This document shows, piece after piece, positions 51,769 through 64,000 of a DNA stretch of 64,000 nt; position 1 is the first letter of the stretch, and every line of letters begins with the position of its first letter. Origin of the DNA: Nageia nagi. Taxonomy: Eukaryota > Plantae > Pinophyta. The notes under the pieces were generated by a model. The model saw only the letters and a list, made by a program, of their open reading frames with translations. It had not been told where the DNA came from and made no database searches. Location: the NCBI GenBank assembly GCA_050084985.1, contig JBITNC010000002.1:11594001-11658000 (forward strand), given 5' to 3'. A program made the translations under genes and the position numbers.

Positions 51769-52756
51769 TATCATCAAAATCATCTTCAAAATTATTTTGA
51801 TCCATCATCTAACTACAACTTAGTTCATCATTCATGATAAAAAAATGAATTATCAACAAACGACCAATCTTCCACAATAAATCTACTCTATATCTCATCT
51901 TTTGAAATCTACGCAATCCAAAATTATTAAATCATATATTATGTCTTGTTATTAAGATAGTCTCTTTTAATTTGGCATCTACATACTCTAATATAATAGG
52001 GGTGCATTAACACCTTGTAATAGGGTGCAAATATTTGGTTCGTTAGACTAAAACAAACATTTTTAGTCCTACATTTATCTGTCACATCTTGCCATTGGAA
52101 ATATGGTTGCAACACTTCAAGGATTAAAAGTTCATGTGATAACAAGAATCAGTGCAAAACACACATGGTAAGATCTAACAATCATAAATTTCCTCTATAC
52201 AATAGGCACTAGTTTATAACAAGGTTTGCACAAAAACATATTTTATTGAACCATAGCGTATTTGAAACGAATTGTGCAGTATAAACTGTCCCAACAATCA
52301 GATTTAAATGAGAAAATATTTAAGATAGCATGGAAACTTAGTCTGACATGATAACTATTCTATTCACTGAACTATTTTTGCTGAATATCAAATTGCCTTT
52401 TTAAAAACAATTGTGCACAACCAAATTTAAACATGACAATATTTACATATTATGGAAACTTAGTTTGGGAGATTTACAAATTATTCTGTCCAATTATCAT
52501 TCTTGCTTGAATATCAAATTGCATTTTCTGAGCATTTGAGATCTACAGTGCACATGCAATTTCTTAAGGAAATAAAGAAACAAAATTTTGATTCTATTGG
52601 CAGATTTATAGTTCTTTCAACATCGAAGCCTAACTTCACTACTAACTTATATGTTGTTAGTTTGAGCATTTCTGATTTGGAACTACAGAAACGTTCTTCA
52701 TATATAGAAATGAATTTTGCATTACAAATCTATAAATAAACTTTATCTATTATATT

Positions 52757-54332
52757 TGTTGATTGAGATTGTGTAATATGTGCGCCTGGAACAATCTTAA
52801 CCAAAGTAGTTCACGAACAGACTGTGGGACGCAGCCTGATCTCCGGAGAAGGCCGGTTCCTTATCCATTGGGTAAAGAAAAAGTAACAGGAAAGAGATAA
52901 AAAGAGTAGGGAGCGAGAGATTCAAGCAAAAGGATAGGGTAACAAGAAAGGAAGTAAAAGGATAGGGTAACGAGAGAGGAAGTAAAGGGATAGGGTAACG
53001 AGAGAGAAAGCAAAGGGGTAGATCACTAGTTCAGCGCGGGCTTTCGCAGTGTGCGAAACCTTGGCCTGAATCTAGTGTCGCAGCCACAGAACAAGTTCTC
53101 ACTCTCTGAATAGCTCCCCAGCTTCTACTCTACCATGTAGCAGACACAGTTATACTAGCAACCCGCAACTATTACTCAGGAAACAAGCTAAGCTGCCACA
53201 ATGTAACCAAATTAAGAATAACAATTACGAGTGCTAGACAAGAAAGGTCAAGATGGTTTCATAGTACCGGACTGAAGCTACAGGTCTTCGAGAACAAATG
53301 AAAAGGGCAATACTAGGCTTCCGACCCTAGTTTCTCTTTATTTTCATATATTTATACTGTATTAATAACAGTTACAAGATTACAGAATAGAAACGTTTAC
53401 AAAACGGCCGCAAGATTCTGGCCTTCTTGAACTGATATCACCTACATATGACACTTGGCCGACTGTTACAAAATTGGGCAGATCGCCGACGATTCGGTTC
53501 CCTGATGATGGCGCTCAGGTATTTTGCAGACTTCCTTCTCTCCCGGAATGTTCAATTCTCCAACTCGGACTCTTCGATCTTTCATTGCGGCCTATTTTCC
53601 TCTGGACGCGGTCTTAATCCCAAATGTTAATTTTTCCCCTTCGCCTGACGTCAGCCTTGAATCTCCGGACTTCTTTATTCACTGGCTCCGGACACTAAAT
53701 TGCTCCTTGATGATGTCATCCATTCCGGGCTCCGGTTTGCTTTACGAATGTAAACTTTATATCTCCTTGTGACGTCACCTTTGAATCTCCGGAATTTCCC
53801 GCTCGCTGGTTCCGGATACTAAATTTCTCTTTGCTGATGTCATCTGTTCCGGGCTCCGGTTTCCTTTGCAACTGTGAACCTCGTCCCTTCTTGCTGACGT
53901 CACCTTCTTATTTCTCCGGAATGCTTTACTCAAAGGCTCCGGATACGAAGTTACTCCTTGCAGACGTCATCCCCTCCGGACTCCGGTTTCCTTTGCAATT
54001 ATGAGCTTCTTCTTTTCCGTGATGTCATCTTCATATATCCGGAATGCTTTGTTTCCCGGAGGCACTTGTGCTTACTTCGTTTTTTTCCGGAACTTGGTCC
54101 TTGCCGAAACCTGACCGCCTTGCTGACATCATTTTGTTCCGGAATTCGGTCTTCGCCAAAATATGTCTATCTTATTCTCCGCGACCTCTTCTTTTCATTC
54201 CGGAAAGGTTTACTCACGGACTCCGGCCTTTTATTTATTCCGGAATAGCTCCCGGGGACATTAAGGCGAACTCATGATAATAATTAGAATACCCCGGGCC
54301 CTTCTTCAAGAATTTGAATGTAGGGATCTACA
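52757..54332 (-). mobile_element. CpG-rich solo LTR (1576 bp)
   Basis: TG...CA termini, perfect TSD ATATT, minus-strand TATAAATA near 53350, and internal repeats of about 125 bp and about 26 bp. Confidence 0.9.
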
Positions 54333-55072
54333 ATATTCATTGTATACTGAAAGGCTGTAGAGAATTGTGAGCCAGATGGATTAAGGGGTCTGAAAATGAG
54401 AATGATGTGTATGTATACTGTGGGAAACAGATACTTGCTAAGTTGATGCCTGCCATAAAACATGGGCTATATGTCAAAACAAATATTTGATCAGCGTTAC
54501 GTTTTACCAAAGAAATGATCCTCTAGTCCTATCTGAGAAAGGATTCACAGCTCAGAGCTTAAAACAGCACTTGACAAAAGTTGGTGCCTTCTGCAAAGGA
54601 TTAACAATGCCTAAACATTGATCTACCCCAATTACATCCAATCATGAATGAAGTTACGTAAGTTATAGCATCCATAATGAATTACGTAAGCTAGATATAG
54701 CATTCACCTTTAATTGCACATGCATACTTGACAAGATTGGAAAGATTATTTCTTGAGCATTCATATGAAACTAGCCTATGAAACATGAAAAGAAGTTTGA
54801 TTATTCTAGATAAATATGATGTATCAAAGTTTAAAGCGAGATACAAGAACTGCATTACAGGAGTCAAGTGGAATGTCTCCATATAAGCCATAGTCGATAT
54901 TTCTTAGAATTAACTTTCCATATACCATAATATAATGGGAACTTGTAGAAATTCACTATATTTCAGTCATTTTAATATTATGCTATCATTTTGCGTACAC
55001 AGTCTACTGTTGGTGATGTATACTGGATCCATAGATCAGAGACTCAGTAAGCACAAAGGCTGTTACTGTACT

Positions 55073-55666
55073 CTAATCTAGGATAATAATGTTTGAAGAA
55101 GGCATATTTTGAGTTTTGAAACTTCCTGCAGATTTGGAACCAGGAAGATCTCTACGTAAGTCACCTCTGAGAGAGTAAGGTTTTTGATCCATCGTTACAG
55201 TTGATAGAAAGTCTTCACCATTCAAATGTTTTCCATTGCATTTTTCATGTTTGGTGAATTCCCTCTGATAGCCAGCCATGTGAGAATTTACTGGCAGGTC
55301 AGGATAAAAGTCCCTCTCTTCTTTTATTCTATCTTCAATCTTTTGGGAGCTAAATTTACAATCTTCAATTTTTGGGGTTTTAAATTCCTCTTTCTCCACA
55401 CATCCTTTCTTTCTACCAGAACCTCGTAAAGCCTTCACAAGATGAACTTCAAAAGTTAGTAGTTCCTTGTTCACCAATTCAAAAACGCAAATGTCCTGCA
55501 GCTTAACATTATAATGTACAGCAAATTCTCGCCATCCTATTAAACTATGTGATGGAGCATTCTCTCCAGGGAATGTTACTGGCCACTGCACTTTATCAGG
55601 ACCTAGCAAGGTCCCTTCATACCTGTCCATTGGTAAGTGTCTTCGCTTAAATTCCAATAAAACATT
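55073..55666 (-). CDS. Exon of a B3 DNA-binding domain protein (REM/VRN1-like); upstream exons not found in the window
   Basis: EFKRRHLP...WPV...GWREFAVHYNVKLQDICVFELV...FEVHLVK is the C-terminal half of a B3 domain. It is preceded by a TACTAAC branch point and a TTGCAG acceptor (phase 0). Confidence 0.85.
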   Translation of the reverse strand, partial: NVLLEFKRRHLPMDRYEGTLLGPDKVQWPVTFPGENAPSHSLIGWREFAVHYNVKLQDICVFELVNKELLTFEVHLVKALRGSGRKKGCVEKEEFKTPKIEDCKFSSQKIEDRIKEERDFYPDLPVNSHMAGYQREFTKHEKCNGKHLNGEDFLSTVTMDQKPYSLRGDLRRDLPGSKSAGSFKTQNMPSSNIIILD

Positions 55667-56477
55667 CTGCAATATAAATGGAGCAGACATTGAAATGTTA
55701 GTAAGGACAGCTGCTTGATTTGCAATACTAGAAAGGATTCATCTTATGAAACTAAACCAGCAAGACTTCTTCTCAAGTAGAACTCCCAAATATTGCAAGT
55801 AATAAAAATGAACTATTAAAAAGGGCCCTAGTTTTGAAAGTTTGCCAATGATTTTATTTTTCTACCACTGTTGTAGCTAAAATATAGTCATTTATTTGGG
55901 TGTTAAACCCGAAAGAAATTTGTAATCAATCAAGAGTAGATGGTCCCACCATGGCACCATCTAAGCCCCCCACGTTAATGGTTTTATGCAAGATACAAAT
56001 GTCTATTACATGCAAAGGCTTTGAGACCAAGAATGGAAGGGAAATTAAAAATTATTTATGAATATTGGTGACCAAAAAAGGGCTCTAAAACTCAAAAGAG
56101 CTAAAAGTAAAGATAAATAGAACTAAGTTACAAAAAATATACAATAAAATATAGATATACATAACTCAAATTAAAGATAAAGATAAATAGAACTAAATTA
56201 GAAGAACATATATGATTTCCCTAAACTCAAATAGCTTCGAGGATAGCAAGATTTTTACATGTTAAATGAATCTTCTTCATAGTAAGGGTAGACAAACCTT
56301 AACTTTATTTGGGTGATTTACTTGATTTATACAAAAATAGACCCACTTTCACATATTCTAGACTAACTTAAATCAAATATTCTAATTTAGCATTAACTTA
56401 TATGCACACCATCCATTAAATTAGCATTAACTTGTATGCATGTGAAGTAACGTGCAAAATAATTACATGCCGATACT

Positions 56478-57540
56478 CAGGCCATATATGGACTTGAGCT
56501 TCCACCTAACATGCATATTATCAAAAGACCCCATAGGAATGGACTTGAAACTTAGCCATAAGAAACCTGTCATCTTTTAGGACATTTCAATGGTAGGACA
56601 GGGAGCTCCCAGACATGGTTCTTCGATAGCAGTACAAATCCACTCCACCTACAGGCTCGAGACTAGGACCTCTAGTTTCAAAGAGACTCAGTAGACTCCA
56701 TGCCCCCCTCGAGCTTCAGGAGATCCCTCCTTGATCTCGGTGAGGTACATGATCTTATGATATTGAATGGTATTGCTTGGTTCCCTTGGTCTCGACACCA
56801 TACCTGCTTCCTTCATGAAGGCGGTTGTAGTGTCATAGACTACATCCTTTCCAGCCCCACCCTTGTTCCCCATATCCACTCCTTCTAGGTTGCTTCAAGC
56901 CTCCCTAGTACCAATCATATACATCCCATTCTCTCCATGTTATGTCGCATGCCCTCGTCCCCTACCACCTCCCTTCCTCCTCCCCCCTCCTCCCTGTACT
57001 ACCATTCTTTTTTATCCTACACAAGACCCCGCCTACAGTATTATCCTCAAACAAAAGCTCCAAGGATTACATTCACTTTCTGATCTAGAGTCCCAAGCCT
57101 AGTTCCTTGCACATTCTCTCCACTCCACAACCCTTCAAGCCTTCCCCTAAACAATCCACCCACCTCACCATTTTCGACCCCAGGTCATTGTCCTATGAAC
57201 CAATGGTTTGACTTTGACTATAAAGACTCCCATTGTCGCCTTAAATGATCCTTGACCCATGACCCCTACGCTGCATCTACCTCCTCCCTCCATTGCTCCT
57301 ACGTTGCCTCTTGCACACAAAGAAACGCCCTTTCTTAGCCAAGAGGAGGTTGGAAATCAAGTCTTTCCTTCGCTCCAAACCCAAATCTTTCTAACGATCC
57401 TTCCTACCCAAAAACATAATTTAAAGTTCTATCCCCCTCCACATATTGAGAGATCACATCTCTTGCCTTTATGATGTCCCTACCCACAACCCTTCATTAT
57501 ACTTCACTCATCCCCCCACGGCTGACTTTTTCTCCCCGTC
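56478..57540 (-). mobile_element. Possible LINE remnant
   Basis: Weak endonuclease-like fragments on the minus strand (RFLMAKFQ, WKLKSIYG) and purine-rich ORF1-like sequence. Confidence 0.3.
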
Positions 57541-57559
57541 CCTTGTCCTCAACGCTATC

Positions 57560-60500
57560 AAGAAACTAGTATTTGCACCACAAATCATGCAACAAACAAG
57601 CCGAAATGGAGGATAAATGTCATTGTCTCAATATATACCAAGAAATGATCATATTACAACCAAATAGGCCCTAGAGGGCTGACGTCTAGCTCAAGGGACC
57701 AGATCTAGGGCATACACTCCTCAAATGCTGATGTCTGGCTAGTAAGGCCTTCAACCCCATATTTGGCTACAACACTGAATGGTATAAGGGTTTTCATCCT
57801 TAGCCAATAGCCTAATGAGGGCTACATCTTGCTATGCTCTTCTCAACATTGGGTTGTCATCCAATGAGAGGCCCAAGAGATGGCAATGCCACTCCGAAGA
57901 TTGAAAATGTAGAATATGCTAAATGATGCCTACTCATTCTTGCGCCAGCCATATAAATAGGAATCCCCCAAGGTTGGGCGCTCACACACCCCTCAAGGTG
58001 ACGTCATGCTTGGGCATTTGGATTATGCCTCGGGATCACTTCTAATCATGCATCTAGCCTTTAATCATGTGTTGTGCCTTTGGATTCATACTATCACACT
58101 TAAATGCTCTAATCTACCCTTAGGAGGGAGACATCCCACTTATGAGCTCAAGATCGATCCATAGGACCCATATGTCTCCTATCCTATGTTACAATGATGC
58201 CTAAGTACTTGTGCAATAATAATCATTCCTAATTACAAATATACTCCTAGAAGGGAACGTCTCCTAGAAGGGGGTATTACAGTCCTCCCTTCTCGAATTG
58301 CTTGACCCCAAGCAATGCAAAGCCGGGTGTGTAAGTATCTCAGGCCCTTCCCATGCACCATCTTCTTCAAGTAGGTCCTTCCAGTTTACTAAGTGCTCCT
58401 TGATTATTCAGGTATCAACTTCCTTTCTCTGGTCTCCATGATATGCTCTAGAACCAAGGTTAGTTTCCCTTCCTCATCGAGTGGTGGAAGCTCCAATGCA
58501 GGGCTGATGTGTCGTTCAAGTGCCTTCTTCAGACATGATACATGGAAAACATTATGCAACTTACTACTGTGAGGCAACTCCAACTCATATGCTTCTTTTC
58601 CCTCCTTGCGCAACACCTTATAAGGCCCAAAAAACCTTGGTTGCAGCTTTTATGCCCCCTTTTTCTTAATCGTGGACTGTTTATATGGCTGCAACCTTAA
58701 ATACACCATGCCGCCTTCTTTGAATTTGCGTTTAGTTTGGTTTTGCTCAGCAAACTTTTTTTGTCAATTCTAGGCTAGTTGGATGTTCTCCTTAAGGGAT
58801 CTTGTGATGTATTAATTATTCTGTAAGAACTCCTTAACCTTCGGTGCTTTCCCATCCTCAAGAATCATGTATATGAAGCTAGGGGCCTCATAACCATACA
58901 ATGCCATGAAGGGTGACATTTGTATGGAGAGATGATAAGTGGTGTTGTAGAAGTATTCCCCCAAGTGTTGCCATTTGATCCATGCTTATTGTTGCCATGT
59001 AACGTATTGTCTCCAATAGCCTTCCAGCCATTTGTTTACCACCTCTATCTATCTGTCTATGTGAGGATGATAACTTGTGTTGTATGCCAAATTGGTCCCA
59101 CTCAATCTAAAAAGTTCTTGCCAGAAGATGCTCATAAACTTGTTGTCCCTGTCACTCACAATCTACTTTGGCAACCTATGTAGCCTAAATACCTCCCTAA
59201 AGAATAGCGCAGCCACTTGCACGGTTGTGTAAATGATGGTGATGGCGAAGACATAGGCATAGTTTGTCAACCTGTTCACCACTACGAAGATGCAATACTT
59301 TCCTTGTGTCTTGGGTAATCCTGTGATGAAATCCATGGAGATGCTTTCCCATTTCTACATGGGGATTGGTAGTGGTTGTAAGAATCTAGGAGGTTGGATG
59401 TTTTCTACCTTGTTTTCCTAGCATTTGGTGCATTCATTCACATGCCTATAGATGTTCTCCTTGAGCCGATAGCTTTGTATGTCTTTTTGATGCCCGGGTA
59501 TCCTGCCGATGGTGTGTCATGCAACACAACCATGATCTTCTCCTTGATCTTCGATCCTGGCACCAAATAGATCCTATTTTTGTATAGGATCAGCCCATGT
59601 CTTATTCTGAACCTGTCATCTTTTAGGCATCCTTCAAGGATGTTAGTATCAAATGCATCCTTGACATTTTCTAGTCAACAGAAATAATAGAAAGAGTAAA
59701 AGGATGGATGGCATGAGAGTGCATCAATTGCTATGTTTTTCTTCCCTTTGATGTACTCAATTTCAAAATCATAAGATTGCAATTTACTTAACCTTTTTGT
59801 TACTTCTCACTAAGGTCTTATTGTTTTAAGAAATATTTCAAGATGTTATGGTTAGTTTTGACCACAAACCGCCCACATACCAAGTATTGCTTGAATCGGG
59901 CCAACACATGCATTATTGCTAGCATTTCCCTATCATACACAGTGAAGCTTTGTTCGGCAGGAGTAAGCTTCCTACTTTCAAAAGCAATCATCCTCCCTTC
60001 TTGCATGAGTACGACTCCTACCCCATACTTGGACACATCACAAACAATGGTAAATGGAATGGAGAAATCAAGAATTGCCAAACACGGACAAGAGCACATT
60101 ACCCTCTTGAGTTATTCAAACGTCGCCTGAGCTTCATTGCTCCACACGAATGCATCTTTCTTGGTCAACTGTGTCAAGGATGTTGCCAAATGTGAAAAAC
60201 TCCAGATGAGTCTCCGATAGTGGTTACACAATCCCAAGAAACCCCTCAAATGCGCTAGTGTGGTGGGCATTGGCCAATCCTCATCTTGGCTGATAATATG
60301 CCCCAAGTACAAGACTTCAATCAGTCCAAACTCGCATATTGATTTCTTTGCATAAAACTTTTGTTGCTGCAATATCTCCAATACTGAATCCAAGTGTTTT
60401 AGGTGTTCCTCCCACGTCTGGTTGTAAATTAGGATATCATCAAAGAAGAGCAACATGTACTTCCTAAGTTGCTCTCATAAAATTTGGTTCATGGCGGATT

Positions 60501-61240
60501 GAAAAGTAGTTGGTGCGTTGCTCAATCCAAATGGCATAACCAAGAACTCAAAGTGCCCAAAGTGATACATGAAAGTTTTCTTCTATATATCCTCCTCCTT
60601 ATACGGATCTAATGATACCCAGATCTCAAGTCTATCTTGGAGAAGTACTTAGCCCCATGGAGCTCATCAATGAAATCATCCACCCATGGTATGGGATATC
60701 TATTCTTGATTGTCTTCTTGTTGAGTACCCAATAATCAATGCACATCCTCATGGTTTCGTCTTTTCTCTTCACCAAGACAACCGAAGATGCAAAGGGGTT
60801 GGAGCTAGGCCATATGAATCCCATGTCAAGCAATTCTTTGATGGTCCGCTCAATCTCATCCTTGTAGATGCGTGGATGCCTGTAGGGTGTGATCATCACT
60901 GGCTTTGACACTAGCTCCAGCTCGATGATGTGCTCAAACCCTCTTTGTGGTGGCAACCTGCTAGGCATGTCTCCAAAAATGTCCTTGTATTTTTCCAAAA
61001 TCTCCTGGATCTTGTCAGGGGAGGTGATTTCTCCTTTGTTGGTGAATGTTGATTTGCCTTTAATCATGAGGAAAGCAGCGCCCCATAGAATATCTCTTTT
61101 CTAGGTGATTTTCTCTATCTTTTGTGGAGATATCACTTGTGGGAGTACCTCCATCCTTCCCACCATTGGTTTTCCCCTATGTGAAACTCTCCTCTCATCC
61201 TTCTTTTGGTTCAACCATGCGTATTTCAGATCTCGCCATT
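57560..61240 (-). mobile_element. Ty3/gypsy chromovirus remnant: RT, RNase H, integrase, chromodomain, PPT and 3' LTR (begins at 58281 on the minus strand)
   Basis: [46 protein letters not shown] and [12 protein letters not shown] motifs. The PPT abuts TGTAATACCCCC. The left LTR edge is approximate. Confidence 0.9.
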
Positions 61241-61341
61241 TGACTCTACTAGTCTTATTGTCATGTTTCTCACTCATGCATGGTGCATGGGGTTTCTCTG
61301 CACCTTTTTGTGTAGACGTTTCACTTCTAGTAGCTTCCTCA

Positions 61342-64000
61342 TGTTGACTAGGCAACACCCCCCTAATTTTTCAAAATTTGGGAACCCTTAGCCAAGAAGC
61401 AGGGGCCAATACTAAACGAGGCTTGGAGATGAGGATTTACGAGAAATAGTAACAAGATGACCCTAAAGTGCAACTTTAAAATTCACCTCGAAGAAGATCA
61501 TGAAAAACTATCTTACAAGGAATACTTGCTTACAACAAATCAAAGAATGCTCTCTAAGTATTCACGGGAACACAGAAGAGAGAAAATACGAGTATTCAGT
61601 GAAAGACTATCATATTTCCAAAATTGAGCAAAAAGCAATAAGTATGGATACTCAACATAGTGGTCGCATGACTGAAAGGAGATGCATTTTCGACATCCAA
61701 AATCAATGCGACAATGCATGCACAAGGCCCCTACAATCCTTCCCTAAGGTGGTCGCCCTATTGCAAACACGTGGCATTGAAGTGGTCTATAAATACCAAG
61801 GCAAGCTGAGTAAATTGTAATTCTTTCACTTAGTCCTCAGCCTCCTAGCAATGGTCGCATGGTGTAAGAAAGTTAGAATTGTAACATTTTTGAAGGGTGC
61901 GACCACTCTCCTTTTGGCTTTTGGAGCCCCAAAATTGACTAAATTAGATTCAGATGTCTCCTATTGTTGGTCACACAGCTTGAAGAAGATGCATTTGTAA
62001 CATTTTGGAAAGGCGTGACCACTCTTTGAGACTCCATTTAGGGGTCAAAAATCTGCTAAGTGTTGGCATAAGTGTCTAAGGGTATGGTCGCATGGTTTGA
62101 CAAAGTTAGAATTGTAACATTTTGAAAAGGTGCAACCACCTTGGCAAGTGGCTGAAGCATAACTCCCATTGGACCTCCATCTTGACCTCTTGGTAGGGAA
62201 CACATGGCTCATACAAGTTAGTATAAAGAAGGGGAAGACCATCATTTATCACTTTAGTTGCCAGATTAGTCCAGTGCAGCACTCCAAGGTTGGTTGCATG
62301 GTTTAGAAATGTCACATTTCCATCTTCTTGAAAGGGTGCGACCACCTCTATTTTGGCTTGCTAAGAATCAAAAGTTGGCTAAGTGTTGGCCAAAGACCCC
62401 TCCAAGGCTGGTCGCATGAGATAAGAAAGTTACATTTGAACCCTTTTGAAGTGATGCGACCACTCCTTTTTGGGCTTTTTGAGCCCCAAAATTGGTTAAG
62501 TACCTAATTAGGCCAAGGATAGTTGGTCGCATGGTTTGTGAAAGTCATGATTGCATCTTTTAGAAAGGGTGCGAACATCCCTTAGAACACCTTTTGAGCC
62601 GGAATTTGGCTAAGTTGTTTATTTTTAAGCATTTTTTACTAGTCGCATGGGCTTGGAAAGTTGAGTTTGCATCTTGGTGAAGAAGTGTGACCATGCCTCA
62701 AGTCTCGTTTTTGCTAAGTGTGGGACGTTGGCTCGCCTCACCCTTGGTTGCACAATTTGGAAAGGTTACTTTTGCATCTTTTTGGAAAGGTGCGACCATG
62801 TTGTTTTGCATGTACGTGGCTGAGTTTTGACATTTGTCGGAACGCCGCCCTCCTACCCATTAAGACGTTGCCACCTAGTGACCAAGGCAGCTATAAAAGA
62901 ATGATTTAGTATTGTTTGTAAGCATTTGCTTCTCCAAAGTTGGTCGCACAATTTTGCTAAGTTACCATTTCATCTTTTTGGAGAAGTGCAACCACCATTT
63001 TTGCATGAGAGTTGGATGGCACATGCTCACTAATCATTCTCTCACCCTATAGCATAATGACACCTATCATATCCAAGTTATAAAAGCATTTGCATTGGTC
63101 ACACCTTGCATTAATCATCCCAAATTGATTATGTTTGCATGGTTTTCAAGAGATAAATTTCTATCATTTAAAGGTGGTGCGCCCCTCAAATTAGAGACTT
63201 CAGCCAAAGTTAGTTGAATTATTTTGCCACTTGGTCGCATGGCATCTGGAAGTCGCATTTGTAAATTTGTTTCGAGGTGCACCCCACATGAGCAATAAAG
63301 GATTCAAGTCTTTTGTCAAGTAACCCCTCGGGGGACCCACACTTAAATGCATGTCATTCACCGTTTTTGTCACATGTCATTCCCTCCATTTGTCCTAGTC
63401 ATGTTTCATAGAGTCAACCTTCCCCACCACCTCACGTTTACACTTGGTCACGCCATCTATTTAAGTTGCAAAGCTAACGTCCAAGTTTAAGTGTGACCAA
63501 TACCTTTGAGAATCCATATTGAATTGGGCCCCATAAGGTGTCAAAGAGGAATGTATGCATTTGCATTGCATTGATTAATTGAGGTACAGATTTTGGGACA
63601 TTGCATGCTTCAAGGGAGGCCGACCACCTTTTGTCATAATTATCGAACCTTGCATTGTCTATGTTAGTGCATCATCTACAAGGCATGTAGGCTTGCCAAG
63701 CATTGCTGATTTCATTGTCCCACCTGCATCACCCCCCATTGCATCCATCAGTTAGTCCAATCATCCACTAACTTTGTTTGCTTTTTCAGGTCCAAGATGT
63801 CAAAAATCAACTCAAAACTAAGAAAGATCCGGGAGCTTCAATTAGCCAGATTGACTGAGCCAAGTAAGATAGAATTTGCCAAGGAACCCTAAAGATCCCT
63901 TAAAGGAGGCCAAATTCAAGAACAACCTCTCTAGCATCTAGGATACTTACTAGTCTCACACCAATCCCAGTTGGACATTACAATCTATTAGCAAACGAGA
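61342..64000 (+). mobile_element. Second, diverged copy of the giant LTR-like unit (runs off the window)
   Basis: TGTTGAC start and the same N38 inverted-motif array (61852/61898, 62409/62455, 62524/62570). An acceptor at 63789 precedes an ORF from 63797 (MSKINSKLRKIRELQLARLT) homologous to the one at 6585. Confidence 0.85.

Overview
AT-rich plant nuclear DNA, inferred to be a large-genome gymnosperm (conifer-like) from the style of its retroelements, PPR fragments and long introns. Most of the window is nested transposable elements. Two host genes are visible. (1) A + strand HAD-superfamily sugar phosphatase similar to Arabidopsis Sgpp, with 5 inferred coding exons at 12209-18551, an unusual N-terminal exon, and a 1-bp frameshift in the last exon. 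(2) One exon of a - strand B3-domain (REM-like) gene at 55073-55666. The mobile elements are: two chromovirus-type Ty3/gypsy remnants, a non-autonomous LTR element, three Ty1/copia elements plus an older LTR fragment, a long L1 LINE carrying three later insertions, a CpG-rich solo LTR, a hAT-like MITE, three Mutator-like elements and a SINE candidate. The most notable feature is a family of giant (about 6.5 kb) TG...CA LTR-like units, present twice (4590-11117 and 61342 to the window end). Each unit has an array of inverted TGGTCGCA/TGCGACCA half-sites with a fixed 38-nt spacer, then a conserved branch point and splice acceptor, then a non-gag/pol ORF (about 1000 codons in copy 1; only its start is in the window in copy 2). 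Also notable are a Pack-MULE carrying PPR fragments in inverted orientation, and a copia leader that is a mosaic of captured PPR, tRNA-Ser and other host-like fragments with an apparently spliced gag start. All calls are from manual reading; no database searches were run.
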